The notes: generated by a model not told the origin, from the letters alone. Counted from the first letter of the stretch, positions 11,227-25,788 are shown. The stretch is 64,000 nt of DNA from Nitrospirales bacterium (GCA_965203295.1 CBDBCZ010000018.1:288001-352000), one strand, 5' to 3'. A program made the numbers and translations.

Positions 11227-12782
11227 CGTGTATGTCACTTCTAGGGCCCTAGCTGGCGACTTGTGTTCGAGTCTTGTAGGCAGGGCGGTTCTATGTCACC
11301 CCTTTTCCCCTCCCTGACTGGCGACTTGTGTTCGAGTCCTGTAGACAGGGCAGTTGTGTGTATGTCACCCCCTCCCCCCTCCTTGACCGGCGACTTGAGT
11401 TTGAAACTTGTAGGTAGGGCAGTTGTGTGTAGTTCCCCGTCCCTCCCCCCCCCTTCCTGACTGGCGACTTCTGTTCGAGTCTTGTGGGCAGAGCAGTTTT
11501 GTGTAGTTCTCCCCCGCCCCGGACCGGCGACTTGTGTTGGAGTCTTATAGGCAGGGTGGTTGTGTGTATGTCACTCCTAGGGCCCTAGCTGGCGACTTGT
11601 GTTCGAGTCTTATAGGCAGGGCAGTGTGTGTATGTCACCCCCTCCCCCCTCCCTTACCGGCGATTTGTGTTAGAGTCTTGTAGGCAGGACGGTTGTGTGT
11701 AGTTCTCCCGCGCCCCTGACCGGTGACTTGTGTTCTAGTCTTGTAAGCAGGGCAGTTAGCTGTATGTCATCCCCTCCATAATCGGAGACTTGTGTTCGAG
11801 TCTTGTAGGCTGGGCGGTTGTAAGTCACCCCTTCCCCCCTCCCTGACTGGCGATTTGTGTTTGAGTCTTGTAGGCAGGGCGGTTGTATGTCACCCCTTCC
11901 CCCCTCCCTGACTGGCGACTTGTGTTCGAGTCCTGTAGACAGGGCGGTTGTGTGTATGTGACCCCCTCCCCCCTCCTTGACCGGCGACTTGTGTTTGAAA
12001 CTTGTAGGCAGGGCAGTTGTGTGTAGTTCCCCGTCCCTCCCCCCCCCCCCCCCCCCTTCCTGACTGGCGACTTCTGTTCGAGTCTTGTGGGCAGAGCAGT
12101 TTTGTGTAGTTCTCCCCCGCCCCGGACCGGGGATTTGTGTTGGAGTCAGGTAGGCTGAGCGGTTGTGTGTAGTTCTTCCCCGCCCCTGACTGGCGACTTG
12201 TGTTAGAGTCTTATAGGCAGGGTGGTTGTGTGTATGTCACTCCTAGGGCCCTAGCTGGGTACTTGTGTTCACATTTTATATGCAGGGCGGTTGTGTGTAT
12301 GTCACCCCCTCCCCCATCCCTTATCCACGACGTGTGTTAGAGTCTTGTAGGCAGGGCGGTTGTGTGTAGTTTTCCCGCGCCCCTGACCGGCGACTTGTGT
12401 ATGAGTCTTGTAAGCAGGGCAGTTGTGTGTATGTCATCCCCTCCCTAATCGGAGGCTTGTGTTTGAGTCTTTTAGGCAGGGCAGTTGTATGTCACCCCCC
12501 TCACTGATCGGTGACTTGGGTTGAGTCTTGTAAGCAGGGCGGTTGTGTGTAGATCTCCCCCTCCCTAATCGGAGACTTGTGTTTTGAGTTTTGAAGGCAG
12601 GGCAGTTGTGTGTAGATCTCTCCTGCCCCTGACCGGCGACTTGTGTTTGAGTCTTGTAGGCAGGGCAGTTGTGTGTATGTCACCCCCTCCCCCCTCCCTG
12701 ATCGGCAACTTGTATTTGAGTGTTGTAGGCTGGGCGGTTGTAAGTCACCCCTTCCCTTTCTCCCTGACCGGCGACTTGTGTT
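11227..12782. repeat. Satellite block 3
   Basis: Same unit; its last ~600 bp parallel 5580-6172. Confidence 0.95.
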
Positions 12783-15700
12783 TACAGAGGTATACAAGTT
12801 GGTTTCCACAGGAGAAGGCAAATAGGCAGTGACTCTTAATTATAAGAGTCACTGCCAAGACAAGTATTTAACACACACACACATACAGGCAGTATACACT
12901 TTGTGTCTGTGTGGGAAGGAAAAATAAACACATTCAGCCTGGCCAAATGCACAGTCTGTTCAGCCTCACGAGGTTAACAAGCTCCATCGATATAGTCTTG
13001 CTCTGGCCATTGGTGTAGCCATGTAAGAATCCACCACGTGTGGCTGTTGCCAACGTAATAATACGCTGGTCCTTAACAAAGAGCATGTTCAAACATTTAT
13101 CACTCACAGTTGTTTGGATATACATGTATATACACAACTTACGAGGAGTAATTCTATTGCTCCCTTCTTTTCCACCACGTTATGCCAATCTACTGACTCT
13201 ACCATTCCATCTAGTAAGGTTGTGTCCCATATGCGTCGGCAGTCGGGACACTCCGTCCGCTTTATGGTCATCCCCTCGCAGAACTTGACAGTCCTTTTTA
13301 AGCGGGAGATTGTGCTGGAGGTGATTGGACGGAACACAGACCCCTTCACCCACGTCTTAAATACGGCCAAACTAGCCAAAGAGTGGGCTTCGATTGCGAA
13401 ATAGAACAGAATGCCTGTTACACCTTCAAAATACACCTTGCAAGGGGGTATTACGGAACAGGCACAATAAGATACGTATGTGTGATGTATATGTGCACAA
13501 GTCCCCAGTCGTTGCAAACAAACCATAACACAGATAGCTACTTCTGTTTCCAATCCCATTTCAATGCATGCTGCTATCATTTAACAGTTTTTGTCTTGTC
13601 TGTCCACTGCAGATCACCAACATGCGAGGATATTGCGGTTACACACTCTAACTCTTCCCGCCTCAATTCCTTATGCGCTCTTGGGGCACACACACAGATG
13701 GAAGACACAGTACACAAGTACTTACCTGCCACTGTCCTTGTCCCCTCTTTCATACTCTTCGACCAATCTCTCAGCTCCTTCCATCCTCCCAATCTTCCTG
13801 ATCGTCTCTCTTCTCCTTTCCATAGACTCTTCACACTCTAACACAAAATGCCCTACATCCTCCACCTCCTCACTAGATTAAAAATACACATTTACCATCT
13901 GTATACATCTGGCACCTCTTCAACAACCCAGCTGGCCCCATTGTAACCTAAATCTAATACTGTCAAACCCACTCTTCACTCCCTATACAATCTCAGACTG
14001 CTCAGAGTGAATGTCTTCTTGCACAAAATTGGCTAACACTAGGAACAAGAAAGTGAATTCTATATATGAATTCGAATCTGGGAGAAGCCCAGTCCAGTAT
14101 GTTCAGTAGGCATATTGTAATTGAAGTATGGTGCCATGCCACTTAAAAACTCCGCTGTACATGTGCTCATGCATGCAGATCAAGACACAAGAAAAGTGAA
14201 TTCTATATTCAGTAGCCATATTGTATGTGAAGTGCCATGCCACTTACAAACTCTTGTGCTCAAGAAAAATGCAGATCAGGAAAAATTGTAGATAATATAT
14301 ATATATGTAGTGAAGCGACATTTACATAGGATTAAAGTTTGTCGAGTTGCCAGCTTCTATATATAGCCTACACCAGAGACATGTAAAGAAATAGCTGAGC
14401 ACTTTGTACGCTTATGCATGCTAGGGTGATGGTCTATCGCTATAGCATTACTACACTCCACTTACGAGGTCGTGATCATCTGGCTGTTGTCCACTTCCCC
14501 ACCTGCCAAACCTGCGCCTCGGTCTTGGCCTTGCCAGCCGGTAGCTGCGCCAGCGCCTTGGTCGGCGGCGCTTACGCCCGTGTCTGCAGGGAAAAGTAGA
14601 GTAGTGTAAGTCACTAAAATTTAATGTCGACCACGTTGTGAACTTTCTGTCAAGGGTTCTATCTCAGCACTCAACTTTTCAAACCAAGTTATAATGCTAC
14701 CATATCATGGCTGTACACCATTCTAATGTTAGTCAGTGAGTTCAATTCTTTATCGATGGTCGACTAGCGGTACGTATAATGTTCACTACATGTATACTTT
14801 TGCAATATCGAATCTCACTGACAACCATGTGCACACCCAAGGCTTTCTCACTTTTCGCGATTTATTTCCACAGAAGGGTGAGACTACTATATTCCTAGGT
14901 GACACTCCTATACAGTCTTCCTGTGCATTTTTGAAAGATTTTTCACCGAAACTGTGACCTGGAGCGGCACGAAGGTTAAATTACGTATGATAAGTTAACT
15001 ACTACGCTTTTGCATATATTACATATTGTCGATCATGACGGTCGACAATATGTGACATAAACTAAGTATTATTTTATATAATATATATATAGTGGTGGAC
15101 GTTAGGAGTTGGTTAAGAAACGGTGGTTTACGCTATATAGCTATAGTGCCAATCATCGCGGAAGAGATAATTTGGCAGTGCGAAATTCTGCATTCTATCT
15201 GATAAAAGAGTATTATATTTATAGTGCAAACATGGAGGGAGATAGGTCATTTCGCAGTGATTGTTTTGCAATGAAAAGAAAAGTATTTATAGTCATCAGT
15301 AGTGGTTCCTTTAATGGCAAAGTAGTTTGAAACGAACTGGATCTTGGCAGCACGAGTGATATAAGTCAAAGCAATGTTCTTTTGATTTGTGGTTTGCCGT
15401 TTTTAATACATTACCAGGCGTTCATACACATAGCACCAGTAACTGTCTGGGGTGCCTGATATATTCTGGCAGGTGCAGTGCATATTCTAGGTTCTGTGTA
15501 CATGCAGAGGATATACAACTCCACATGCATGATTGCATGTTTCCACAGCAACTTACTGAGGTAGCTGATGTGTTCCGTTTGCCATCCAGAGTATCGTAGG
15601 TAGTGAGAATACACTAAGCTGTATATACTCACGAGTAACAAGAAACAAGTTTTAGCAGTGTGGGGCTGGGCACGAGACTAATGTAGTATAGGCCCTCACC

Positions 15701-16110
15701 ATAATAGCAAGGTGGACTCATCTGTCTGCACCATACCACACAGGAATTTCTCATTCACTAGTTGTGACTACAGAATGTATGAGAGTGACCCCCCCCCCAA
15801 TCATACTACTGTAATTCAGCAGTCCACCTTAAAAAAAGCTGTTATTTAAAATAAGTGAATTGCAGACATGTGTAGATGGGTACAGCTACTTACATGACAT
15901 ATTACATTTATGTGTCTTGTGCGTGTTGAACTTGTCCTTTCTAAACTCTATTTCTCTCTCCTTTGCATGCTTGCGCGGGTGGGCAAGTATCTTGACATGC
16001 TGCATTTTGGTAAAATCCAGGACAGCGTAGGAAGTCTGTTCAGTTGATGGAGGGGGGTATTCATTGGGCTCTTTTTAAAACACTACCTCGTGGTATGGGA
16101 ATTTTCGTGA
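12783..16110. repeat. Segmental duplication unit U, copy 2
   Basis: Colinear with 6173-9466 with scattered substitutions and indels. Confidence 0.95.
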
Positions 16111-16124
16111 CTCTTGTCACAGAA

Positions 16125-18210
16125 GGGTGGCTGTATGTCACCCCTTCCCCCCTCCCTGACTGGCGACTTGTGTTCGAGTCCTGTAGACAGGGTGGTTGTG
16201 TGTATGTCACCCCCTCCCCCCACCGTGACCGGCGACTTGTGTTTGAAACTTGTAGGCAGGGCAGTTGTGTGTATGTCACCCCCTCCCTTACCGGCGACTT
16301 GTGTTAGAGTCTTGTAGGCAGGGCGGTTGTGTGTAGTTCTCCCCCGCCCCTGACCGGTGAATAGTGTTCGAGTCTTATAGGCAGGGCGGTTGAGTGTATG
16401 TTACCCCTTCCCTGACCAGACGCTTGTGTTTGAGTCTTGCAGGCAGGGCAGTTGTGTGTATGTCACCCCCTCCCTTACCAGCGACTTGTGTTAGAGTCTT
16501 GTAGGCAGGGCGGTTGTGTGTAGTTCTCCCCTGCCCCTGACCGGTGAATAGTGTTCGAGTCTTATAGGCAGGGCGGTTGAGTGTATGTTACCCCTTCCCT
16601 GACCAGACGCTTGTGTTTGAGTCTTGCAGGCAGGGCAGTTGTGTGTATGTCATCCATTCCCACCTCCCTGACCGGCGACTTGTGTTCGAGTGTTGTAAGC
16701 AGGGCAGTTGTGTGTAGTTCTCCCCCTCCCTTACTGGCGACTTGTGTTCGAGTCTTGTAGGCAGGGCGGTTGTATGTCACCCCTTACCCCCTTCCTGACT
16801 GGCGACTTGAGTTCGAGTCCTGTAGACAGGGCGGTTGTGTGTATGTCACCCCCTCCCCCCTCCTTGACCAGCGACTTGTGTTTGAAACTTGTAGGCAGGG
16901 CAGTTATGTGTAGTTCCCCGTCCCTCCCCCCCCCCCCCCCCCCTTCCTGACTGGCGACTTCTGTTTGAGTCTTGTGGGCAGAGCAGTTTTGTGTAGTTCT
17001 CCCCCGCCCCGGACCGGGGACTTGTGTTGGAATCAGGTAGGCTGAGCGGATGTGTGTAGTTCTTCCCCGCCCCTGACCGGCGACTTGTGTTAGAGTGTTA
17101 TAGGCAGGGTGGTTGTGTGTATGTCACTCCTAGGGCCCTAGCTGGCTACTTGTGTTCACGTTTTATAGGCAGGGCGGTTGTGTGTATGTCACCCCCTTCC
17201 CCCTCCCTGACTGCCGACTTGTGTTGAGTCTTGTAGGCAGGGCAGTTGTGTATGTCACCCCCTCCCCCCTCCCTGACCGGTGACTTGTGTTAGAGTCTTG
17301 TAGGCAGGGCGGTTGTGTGTAGTTCTCCTGCGCCCCTGACCGGCGACTTGTGTTCTAGTCTTGTAAGCCGGGCAGTTGTGTATATGTCATCCCCTCCCTA
17401 ATCGGAGACTTTTGTTCGAGTCTTGTAGGCAGGGCAATTGTATATCACCCCCTCCCTGATCGGTGACTTGGGTTCGAGTCTTGTAGGCAGGGCGGTTGTG
17501 TGTATGTCACCCCTTTCCCCTCCCTGATCGTCAACTTGTGTTCGAGTGTTGTAGGCTGGGCGGTTGTAAGTCACCCCTTCCCCCCTCCCTGACTGGCGAC
17601 TTGTGTTCGAGTCTTGTAGGCAGGGCGGTTGTATGTCACCCCTTCCCCCCTCCCTGACTGGTGACTTGTGTTCGAGTCTTGTAGGCAGGGCGGTTGTATG
17701 TCACCCCTTCCCCCCTCCCTGACTGGCGACTTGTGTTCGAGTCCTGTAGACAGGGCGGTTGTGTGTATGTCACCCCCTCCCCCCTCCTTGACCGGCGACT
17801 TGTGTTTGAAACTTGTAGGCAGGGCAGTTATGTGTAGTTCCCCATCCCTCCCCCCCCCCCTTCCTGATTGGCGACTTCTGTTCGAGTCTTGTGGGCAGAG
17901 CAGTTTTGTGTAGTTCTCCCCCGCCCCGGACCGGCAACTTGTGTTGGAGTCAGGTAGGCTGAGCGGTTGTGTGTAGTTCTTCCCCGCCCCTGACCGGCGA
18001 CTTGTGTTAGAGTCTTATAGGCAGGGCGGTTGTGTGTATGTCACCCCCTTCCCCCTCCCTGATCGTTGACTTGTGTTTGAGTCTTATAGGCAGAGCGGTT
18101 GTGTGTATGTCACTCCTTCCCCCTCCCTGACTGCCGACTTGTGTTGAATCTTGTAGGCAGAGCGGTTGTGTGTATGTCACCCCCTCCCCCCTCCCTTATC
18201 CACGACTTTT
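16125..18210. repeat. Satellite block 4
   Basis: Same unit. Confidence 0.95.
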
Positions 18211-18211
18211 G

Positions 18212-19480
18212 TCAACTGAGGGAAAGGTCTCATTCACATGTAAATGTAGATGTATGGTAGTGGGGTTCCACTACATACAATGCTCAGTAGTGAATGGGGC
18301 GCTGTTCTCACAGATGTACTAGCTCTTGATCCACCAGTTATGGTCAATTTTGTAATCTTTCCTGAGGCAGATCTGGAGAAGCCTTCCATATGCTAAGTCT
18401 GAATCCCACCTTTAATGTACATTACCATGGCAACCACTTTTCCCCACGCTTATAGCACTCAAAGGAGGCCACATACAGGGATCATTGCTATGCCAATGTA
18501 CATTAAATCAGTTAAAGGTCAGTTTGGGTGAGGGATTAAACTCCTCTCTTTGCCTTTACATTCCCTCACCCAAACTGACCTTTAACATAGGGAAGTCTTG
18601 TATTTACAGCTTGAGGGCATTTCCTAGAATTGAGGGCACCTACATGTGTTTGTCTGTGTGTGTGTATGTAAGGTTTATATGGAGCTTTTTGTCTGGCACC
18701 GGTATTGGTGCTCTACAAAGAAGACATCCTATCACAGATTATTTGTAATTTTGAGGCATATGAGGAATGGTCCTTAATTCTCACTGGTTGTGAAGTTTTG
18801 AACTTTACTTCGAAATGTTTCATTTCATGCTTTCATGTTTTCTATGTGTACAGTGTGGAAGGCAGAAAGTCTGTTTCTGGTTTTGAATTGCACTTTTCCA
18901 CTGCTAGGTGCAAAAAAGGAGTACTTTTCTTTAAAATCCAGACTTAATTGACACCACCCTGAAGTGCAATAATGTTCCTAACTCTTTTTGTTGAAATTGG
19001 AGTGCATGCATATATTTCACTATGTGGAGTAAATCAAATATTTTCATTGAAATGATGGTTGTTCTAGACATTGGGATATAGTGGTGAGGGTGGGGAGTGT
19101 GGGCCGGGAAGGCTATTTCTCAAGCCTCCACCACACTCGACCCACCCCCAAAACTACAAAAAAAGAGAAAAGAATATGAGCAAATATGAGCAATTGGCCA
19201 TGGGTGATCCAGGTGCTGATACAAAAGGTGGGATAATAGTGGTGGGGGTTGGGAGTGTGGGCCGGGAAGGCTATTTCTTGAGCCTCCACCACACTCGACC
19301 ACCCCCAAAACTACAAAAAAAAAAAAAGAATTGTCCAATCAAAAGGTCCGTGGAGTGCTGAGGTGCATAAAAGGAGCGGTTGTTTTTACTGTTGTGGTAT
19401 ACATACCGGTTTAGTCATGACTTGCAGGACGGCATGTTCCACAAATATTTGTGGCACCTGTAACGAGAAGGAATAATGTA
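18212..19480. repeat. Dispersed duplicated block V, including a ~130-160 bp tandem unit (ggggagtgtgggccgggaaggctatttc...)
   Basis: Starts tcaactgagggaaaggtctc, as at 42541; copies at ~42541-43895 and partial ~48662-49575. Confidence 0.9.
18511..18586. repeat. 25-bp perfect inverted repeat (hairpin or minimal MITE) with TTAA-AGG...CCT-TTAA ends; copy at 42836-42911
   Basis: gttaaaggtcagtttgggtgaggga ... tccctcacccaaactgacctttaac. Confidence 0.75.
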
Positions 19481-20719
19481 TTATAGTGAATGTCTTCTTG
19501 CACAAAATTGACTAACACTAGGAACAAGAAAAGTGAATTCTATATATGAATTCGAATCTGGGAGAAGCCCAGTCCAGTATGTTCAGTAGGCATATTGTAT
19601 GTGAAGTATGGTGCCATGCCACTTAAAAACTCTGTTGTACATGTGCTCATGCATGCAGAACAAGAAAAATTGTACATAATATATGTAGTGAAGCGACATT
19701 TTCATAAGATTAAAGTTTGTCGAGTTGGCAGCTTCTATATATAGCCTACACCAGAGACATGCAAAGAAATAGCTGAGTACTTTGTACACTTATGCATGCT
19801 AGGCTTATGGTCTATCGCTATAGCATTACTACACTCCACTTACGAGGTCGCAATCGTCTGGCTGTTGTCCACTTTCCCACCTGCCAAACCTGCGCTTCGG
19901 CCTTGGCCCTGCCAGCCGGCAGCTGCGCCGACGCCTTGGCCGGCGGCGCCCACGCCCGAGTGTGCAGGGAAAAGTAGAGTAGTGTAAGTCACCGAATATC
20001 GACCACGTTGTGAACTTTCTGTCAAGGGTTCTATCTCAGCACTCAACATTTCAAACCAAGTTATAATGCTACCATACCATGGCTGTACACCATTCTAATG
20101 TTAGTGAGTTCAATTCTTTATCGATGGTCGACTAGCGGTACGTATAATGTTCACTACATGTATGCTTTTGCAATATCGAATCTCACTGACAACCATGTGC
20201 ACACCCAAGGCTTTCTCACTTTTCGCGATTTATTTCCACAGAAGGGTGAGACTACTTTATTTCTAGGTGACACTCCTATACAGTCTTCCTATGCATTTTT
20301 GAAAGATTTTTCACCGAAACTGTGACCTGGAGCGGTATGAAGGTTAAATTACGTATCATAAGTTAACTACTACGCTTCTGCATATATTACATATTGTTGA
20401 CCGTGACGGTCGACAATATGTGACATATAAACTAAGTATTGTTTTATATATATATAGTGGTGGACGTTAGGAGGTGGTTGAGAAACGGTGGTTTACGCTA
20501 TATAGCTATAGTGCCAAACATGCATGGAGGAAGAGATAATTTGGCAGTGCGAAATTCTGCATTCTATCTGATAGAAGAGTATTATATTTATAGTGCAAAT
20601 GGATGGAGATAGGTCATTTCACAGTGATTATGCGAAATTCTGCAGAACTTTTTTGCAATGAAAAGAAAAGTATTTATAGTCATCAGTAGTAGATCTTGGC
20701 AGCACGAGTGATATAAGTC

Positions 20720-22945
20720 AAAGCAATGTTCTTTTGATTTGTGGTTTGCCGTTTTTAATACGTTACCAGGCGTTCATACACATTAGCACCAGTAATTGTT
20801 TGAAGTGCTATGGCGCCTGATATCTTCTGGCAGGTGCTATGCATATTCTAGGTTCTCTGTACATGCAGAGAGGCCATACAACTCCCATGCATGATTGCAT
20901 GTTTCCACAGCAACTTACTGCGGTAGTTGATGTGTTGTGTTTGCCATCCAGAGTATCGTAGGTAGTGAGAATACACTAAGCTGTATATTCTCACGAGTAA
21001 CATGAAACAAGCGTACACTTGGAACAATGCCTGCCAGAACCACAGGAGCAACAATAGCGAACTTGTTGAACTCCTCTGCCTTCCAGTTCCCCAGTATGCT
21101 GCTACTGGATGTCTTGGGATTTAAGGTCGGCAAGCGACCATCTCGCAGCTCATTTGTCCAGGGACCTTGGTACTCAGAGCAGTGATGAAGTCTGCTCGAC
21201 AAAGGACACTGCCATCACCGGGATTGCAGTCCTTCATTACAACCTGTACTAGCAAAGATAAGGTGCTCAAACTCTCGTAAGATGAGGTTAAGTACGATTG
21301 TATGCATGGCATCGATCACAAGATCTTGGATGGGATCAAAACCGTACTAGTCGTACAGCCGATAGAACACGGATTCTTCACTAACCCCACACTCTAGAGG
21401 GATAACGCTCTGCTGCTTTCTTGTTGGTGCATTATCCACTGCTCTCCCATCAGCTCTGTTATTTTTGGCTGTCTTGGGTTCAGCTGGGTGGTAAAATCGT
21501 CTGTGAAAATCACCATAGTAATAATGTTTCCGGCTTGCTATGTAAGTTCCTTCAACTCCACAACGCCTGCAGCCATACTTACCTCCAGCCTTTGTCAACC
21601 CAAATTCTGCATGTGCCTTTGAGTCAGCAGCTGCTAACAGCACCAAAGCTCGTAGAGTTGGGAAGTCATCCGGAGGAGAAAAATCCGGGACTTCTCTTAA
21701 ACACTTCCTAACCATAAATGTACAATTCCTCAATTTCGTCAATAAGTGGTTTCAAGAAGCTGTCGTATTTGTGTTGCAGACTGTTCACAGGAACAAAAGA
21801 AAATACACTGAGGCATTCTCACACATTGCCGTATCTGCTTTAGTAAAACATGCTGGTGAAATGCTCAGTGATGCAATAGAATTGCGGCTGGAGGCATTGT
21901 TGGGGTTCCAACCATCAAGTGTGCGATGATGGCCTGATTTCGTGGATCACCCGTCATCCACTCAGGCGACTCAGGCGTGAATGTAAATTTTTATGCACAA
22001 CAAGTACACACCATGGTGATTGGCGACTGACGGCTGGTGCGATCGATCACATCATTTATGTTGCTTGCTGGGACTACTGTATCGCAGGATGGGCACTTGT
22101 ATCGGAGCAAGGTCTCTTTAGCTCTTCTCGAAATCCAGACCCATGCCACAGCTCACTATAGCAAGGGAGCTCACCTGACTTCTTCAGCCACTCCTCCTTG
22201 CACTTCCAGTGAGCCTTTCTCTTTTTGCAGTAGCTGTCTGTTTGAAACCAGTCCTCAAACCTCCACCCAAGAACATAGTAATCTATGCATGTGTCCCAAG
22301 CCCTACTACAGATGGGACAGTGAGGGTTCCTTCTGCGATCTTTAAGGAGAAAGCTGTGCCCATCCTCACCAATGCACACTTTATAGTGCTTGGGGTCTCT
22401 GTACCCTAAAGACTTGAGCAGACGAAGGACAGCCTGATAGCTTTGGATCAGCCTATCTTCTCCTAATCGTTTAGTGGCATTCTTCGGGTGCTCCTCTAGT
22501 TGGCTTTGGGAGTAGCCAAACTTTGCCTTCGTCAGAAGCTCCCTTAAGACAAAGTTGGTGAGTTGCTCTTCTGAGCATGAGAGACGACCTGAAGCATGGT
22601 CAGAGGTGTAGGCTGTGGAAGTTGATGTAAAGGAACCAACTGAAGCAGGGGTAGGATTAGTCTCGGGCTCCACTTCAGCAGAGTTTGACATGAAGCAATC
22701 CGTGGTAAAGAGGCTAGTGGAGGTAGAGGTGCCTAAGGGTGGGGGGTTAAGGTATCACCTACGCCAGTGGCTGAGAAACTGGAGGAGATACTGCTAGAAG
22801 CCACGTCAGCACTGAGATCATTATTTGCTGCAGATTTCAGCAGGGTCCTGTGTGCCAATACAGTGCTGTAGCAACGCTCTGCACACTGGCATAGACTGCA
22901 AAAACAGGACTCCCTTCTGGAGCGCTTAGTTGGAGGGGTATCCAT
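20720..22945 (-). pseudogene. Degenerate CACTA/EnSpm-like (Transposase_21-type) transposase, family 1
   Basis: Fragments: MDTPPTKRSRRESCFCSLC, CPICS..YYVLG, ELWHGSGFRE, LDGWNP, DSFLKPLIDEI, LLAAADSKAH...YGCRRC, FDPIQDLVIDAMH, GNWKAEEF, LLWKH. Many frameshifts and stops. Confidence 0.82.
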
Positions 22946-23372
22946 TCTATGATAAGGAGAAAAAAATCCTATTTCAAAAACTTCAATTGGAAAACTTACT
23001 AGTACTTTCTGTAGCAACATCAAGTGAATTAACTGTTTGATAAGTGTAAAAAAGTGCAAAAACAAGACGTGTAGGAATGCACTTCCACCAAAGAACACTT
23101 CCTCAAAAACCAGTGAAACAAGCGACCCTGCACACCATAATGCATGCACCGACTACCCATACATTTACCGCGTAGCTACCATCCCTATATCTTTCCAACT
23201 GCACCCACCACAATCCATACCAAGCCCCCACACTCAACTGCACACCCAATACTTCCCTCAACACACAACAATCAACAACTATCATCAATCATGACACCTC
23301 GTCTCCATCCAACCACCTTTGTATCCTTATCCACAATCATTGAATACTTCACAAAACACAACACCACACACT

Positions 23373-23890
23373 ACTAACAACCAACCCAAAATTCCACAGG
23401 AACACTACTATCAAAAAAGCACTTGGCTCCTTAAATCCCACATTCACAACCATAAACCAAGGCCAAGCAGAGCAATTCCTCACAGCTCCACACTGCCACT
23501 ATTTCAATGTTTCAATGGGAAATTGCATTTCTTACTGAAAGTAAAGTGCAACGGCATATAAATGAGTACAACTTACAACATAATTGATATGCATTGCATA
23601 AGATGGGCGAATCGTTATACCAGTAACATTACTAACAACCAACCCAAAATTCCACAGGAACACTACTCCTATCAAAAAAGCACTTGGCTCCATAAATCCC
23701 ACATTCACAACCACAAACCAAGGCCAAGCGGAGCAATTCCTCACAGCTCCACACTGCCACTATTTCAATGTTTCAATGGGAAATTACATATCTTACTGAA
23801 AGTAAAGTGCAACGGCATATAAATGAGTACAACTTACAACAAAATTGATATGCATTGCATAAGATGGGCAAATCGTTATACCAGTAACAC
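23373..23890. repeat. ~260-bp tandem duplication
   Basis: actaacaaccaacccaaaattccacaggaacactac... at 23373 and 23631. Confidence 0.9.
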
Positions 23891-24665
23891 TGCAGTGTGG
23901 TAAAGTAATTTCCCTCCACTTTCCTACGTATATTCCTAGGGCTTTACAAAAAAAAACCGAATGATATTTGAATGGCACACAATGATGTTTGTGACCGGAC
24001 TCTGTCCTGCAGGTACAAAGTATTTTAAACATACGCCCGAATCGTTCCATGTTATGGGTTTTCTCTGGATCTCCTTCCTGTAAGCATTTGTCTTCCTCCA
24101 GAGGAACATTAGAGTATTTCTCATGAATGATAGCAGCAGTTTGTTTTGCCCAGACAATGGCTGACATTATTAGTTTTTGTAACTGGGTGTATTTGGGAGC
24201 CTGGTAGAAGTAGTCGCCATGTCTAATAAAAAGTAGGACACGTGGTGACACTTCTGAAGGTTCACCTACTTGGACTGGAAGGGTACATGTAGCTGTAGCT
24301 CTATGTACACCAGATTTTCGTGCAACATGTTTTTTTGTTGCCTGCTCACTAGTCTGTAAAAGAAATGGGTAGTCCTAAACACATATACATGTAGTCTCTT
24401 CCCCAGCCCAAGAACTACGGTGACATGCCTGTACATGTGTATGGCTGTGCAATGTTAGTCATCCAGTTTTATGTACATGTACAACTTCTTGAAAGTACTA
24501 TAAAAACCATAATTAGTACTTACAGATGCCTTGTGTTTTCCACACTTCTCGTACTTCCCCTTCTTGAAGATTCTTGTGACCTCCTGACCACTGCTCTCTG
24601 GCTCCTAACGCTTCACAGTACAACTGCTGTCTGCTGTGTTGGGCACCTGACCGCCACTTTCCTCA

Positions 24666-25280
24666 CATGGTCAGAGGTGTAGGCAGAGGAAGTTGATGTG
24701 AAGGAACCAACTGAAGCAGGGGTAGGATTAGTCTCGGGCTCCACTTCAGCAGAGTTTGACGCGAAGCAATCCGTGGTAAAGAGGCTAGTGGAGATAGAGG
24801 TGGATGAGCCACCTAAGGGAGGGGTTAAGGTATCACCTATGCCAGTGGCTGAGAAACTGCAGGAGATGTTAGAAGCAACGTCAGCGCTGAGATCATTATT
24901 TGCTGCAGATTCCAGCATGGACCTGTGTACCAATACAGTGCTGTAGCAATGCTCTGCACCCTGGCATAGACTGCAAACACAGGGCTCCCTTCTGGAGCGC
25001 TTAGTTGGAGGGGAATCCATTCTATGATGAGAAAAAATCCTGTTTCAAAAACTTCAATTAGAAAACTTACTAGTACTTTCTGTAGCAACATCATCAAGTG
25101 AATTAACTGTTTGATAAGTGTAAAAAAGTGCAAAAGCAAGACATGTAGGATGCGCTTCCACAAAAAACACTTCCCAAAATCCAGTGAAGCAAGAGACAGT
25201 GCACACCATAATGCATGCACAGACTACCCACACATTTACCGCGTAGCTACCATCCCTACATCTTTCCAGCCACACCCACC
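24666..25280 (-). mobile_element. Diverged second copy of the 5' end and upstream region of CACTA family 1
   Basis: ORF 24613..25020 MDSPPTKRSRREPCVCSLC...SAEVEPETNPTPASVGSF parallels 22596-23210. Confidence 0.85.
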
Positions 25281-25788
25281 ACAAATATGTACTATGTGAG
25301 ATGTGAATAGTGGTGGTTTAATTTGTTGTGTGTGTTGTGTATGAGTGAGTATGATGGAAGGCATATAGCTGAAAGTGTTGATTGTGTACATGTTGGACTA
25401 GTGAGTCGTTGAGAGGGAGTCATATTATGGTATTTGTATAGGAACAATGTTTGGTTATACGCAGTAGAATGTTAACTCATTGCACGCGGTGCGCCTATAT
25501 ATAGGCGCACGTAGTACATTAGTCTACGCGGAACGCCTATATATAGGCGCTCGTGCACTTACTCGCGTGTACCGGCCCTTAGCAAAGGGGAAGTCCCTCC
25601 CTCGTGGCTATGGCTTCTTCCTTTGTGATATACCTGTACCGAAACTAGACAAAGGTTTGTAAAATAGCGGCTCATGCACAGTAAAATTGGCAGCCAATTA
25701 ACGATCGTTAACTATGGTTAGCTACGTTCCTACGCAGTTATTCGGACTCTACGGTCACTGTCAGTGGTATCTTCGGCAATCTTGATTT

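Noticed and set aside
23793..24660. Possible accessory gene exons (ORF 23793..24251)
   Set aside because: No recognisable motif and the upstream part contains stops; cannot be supported.
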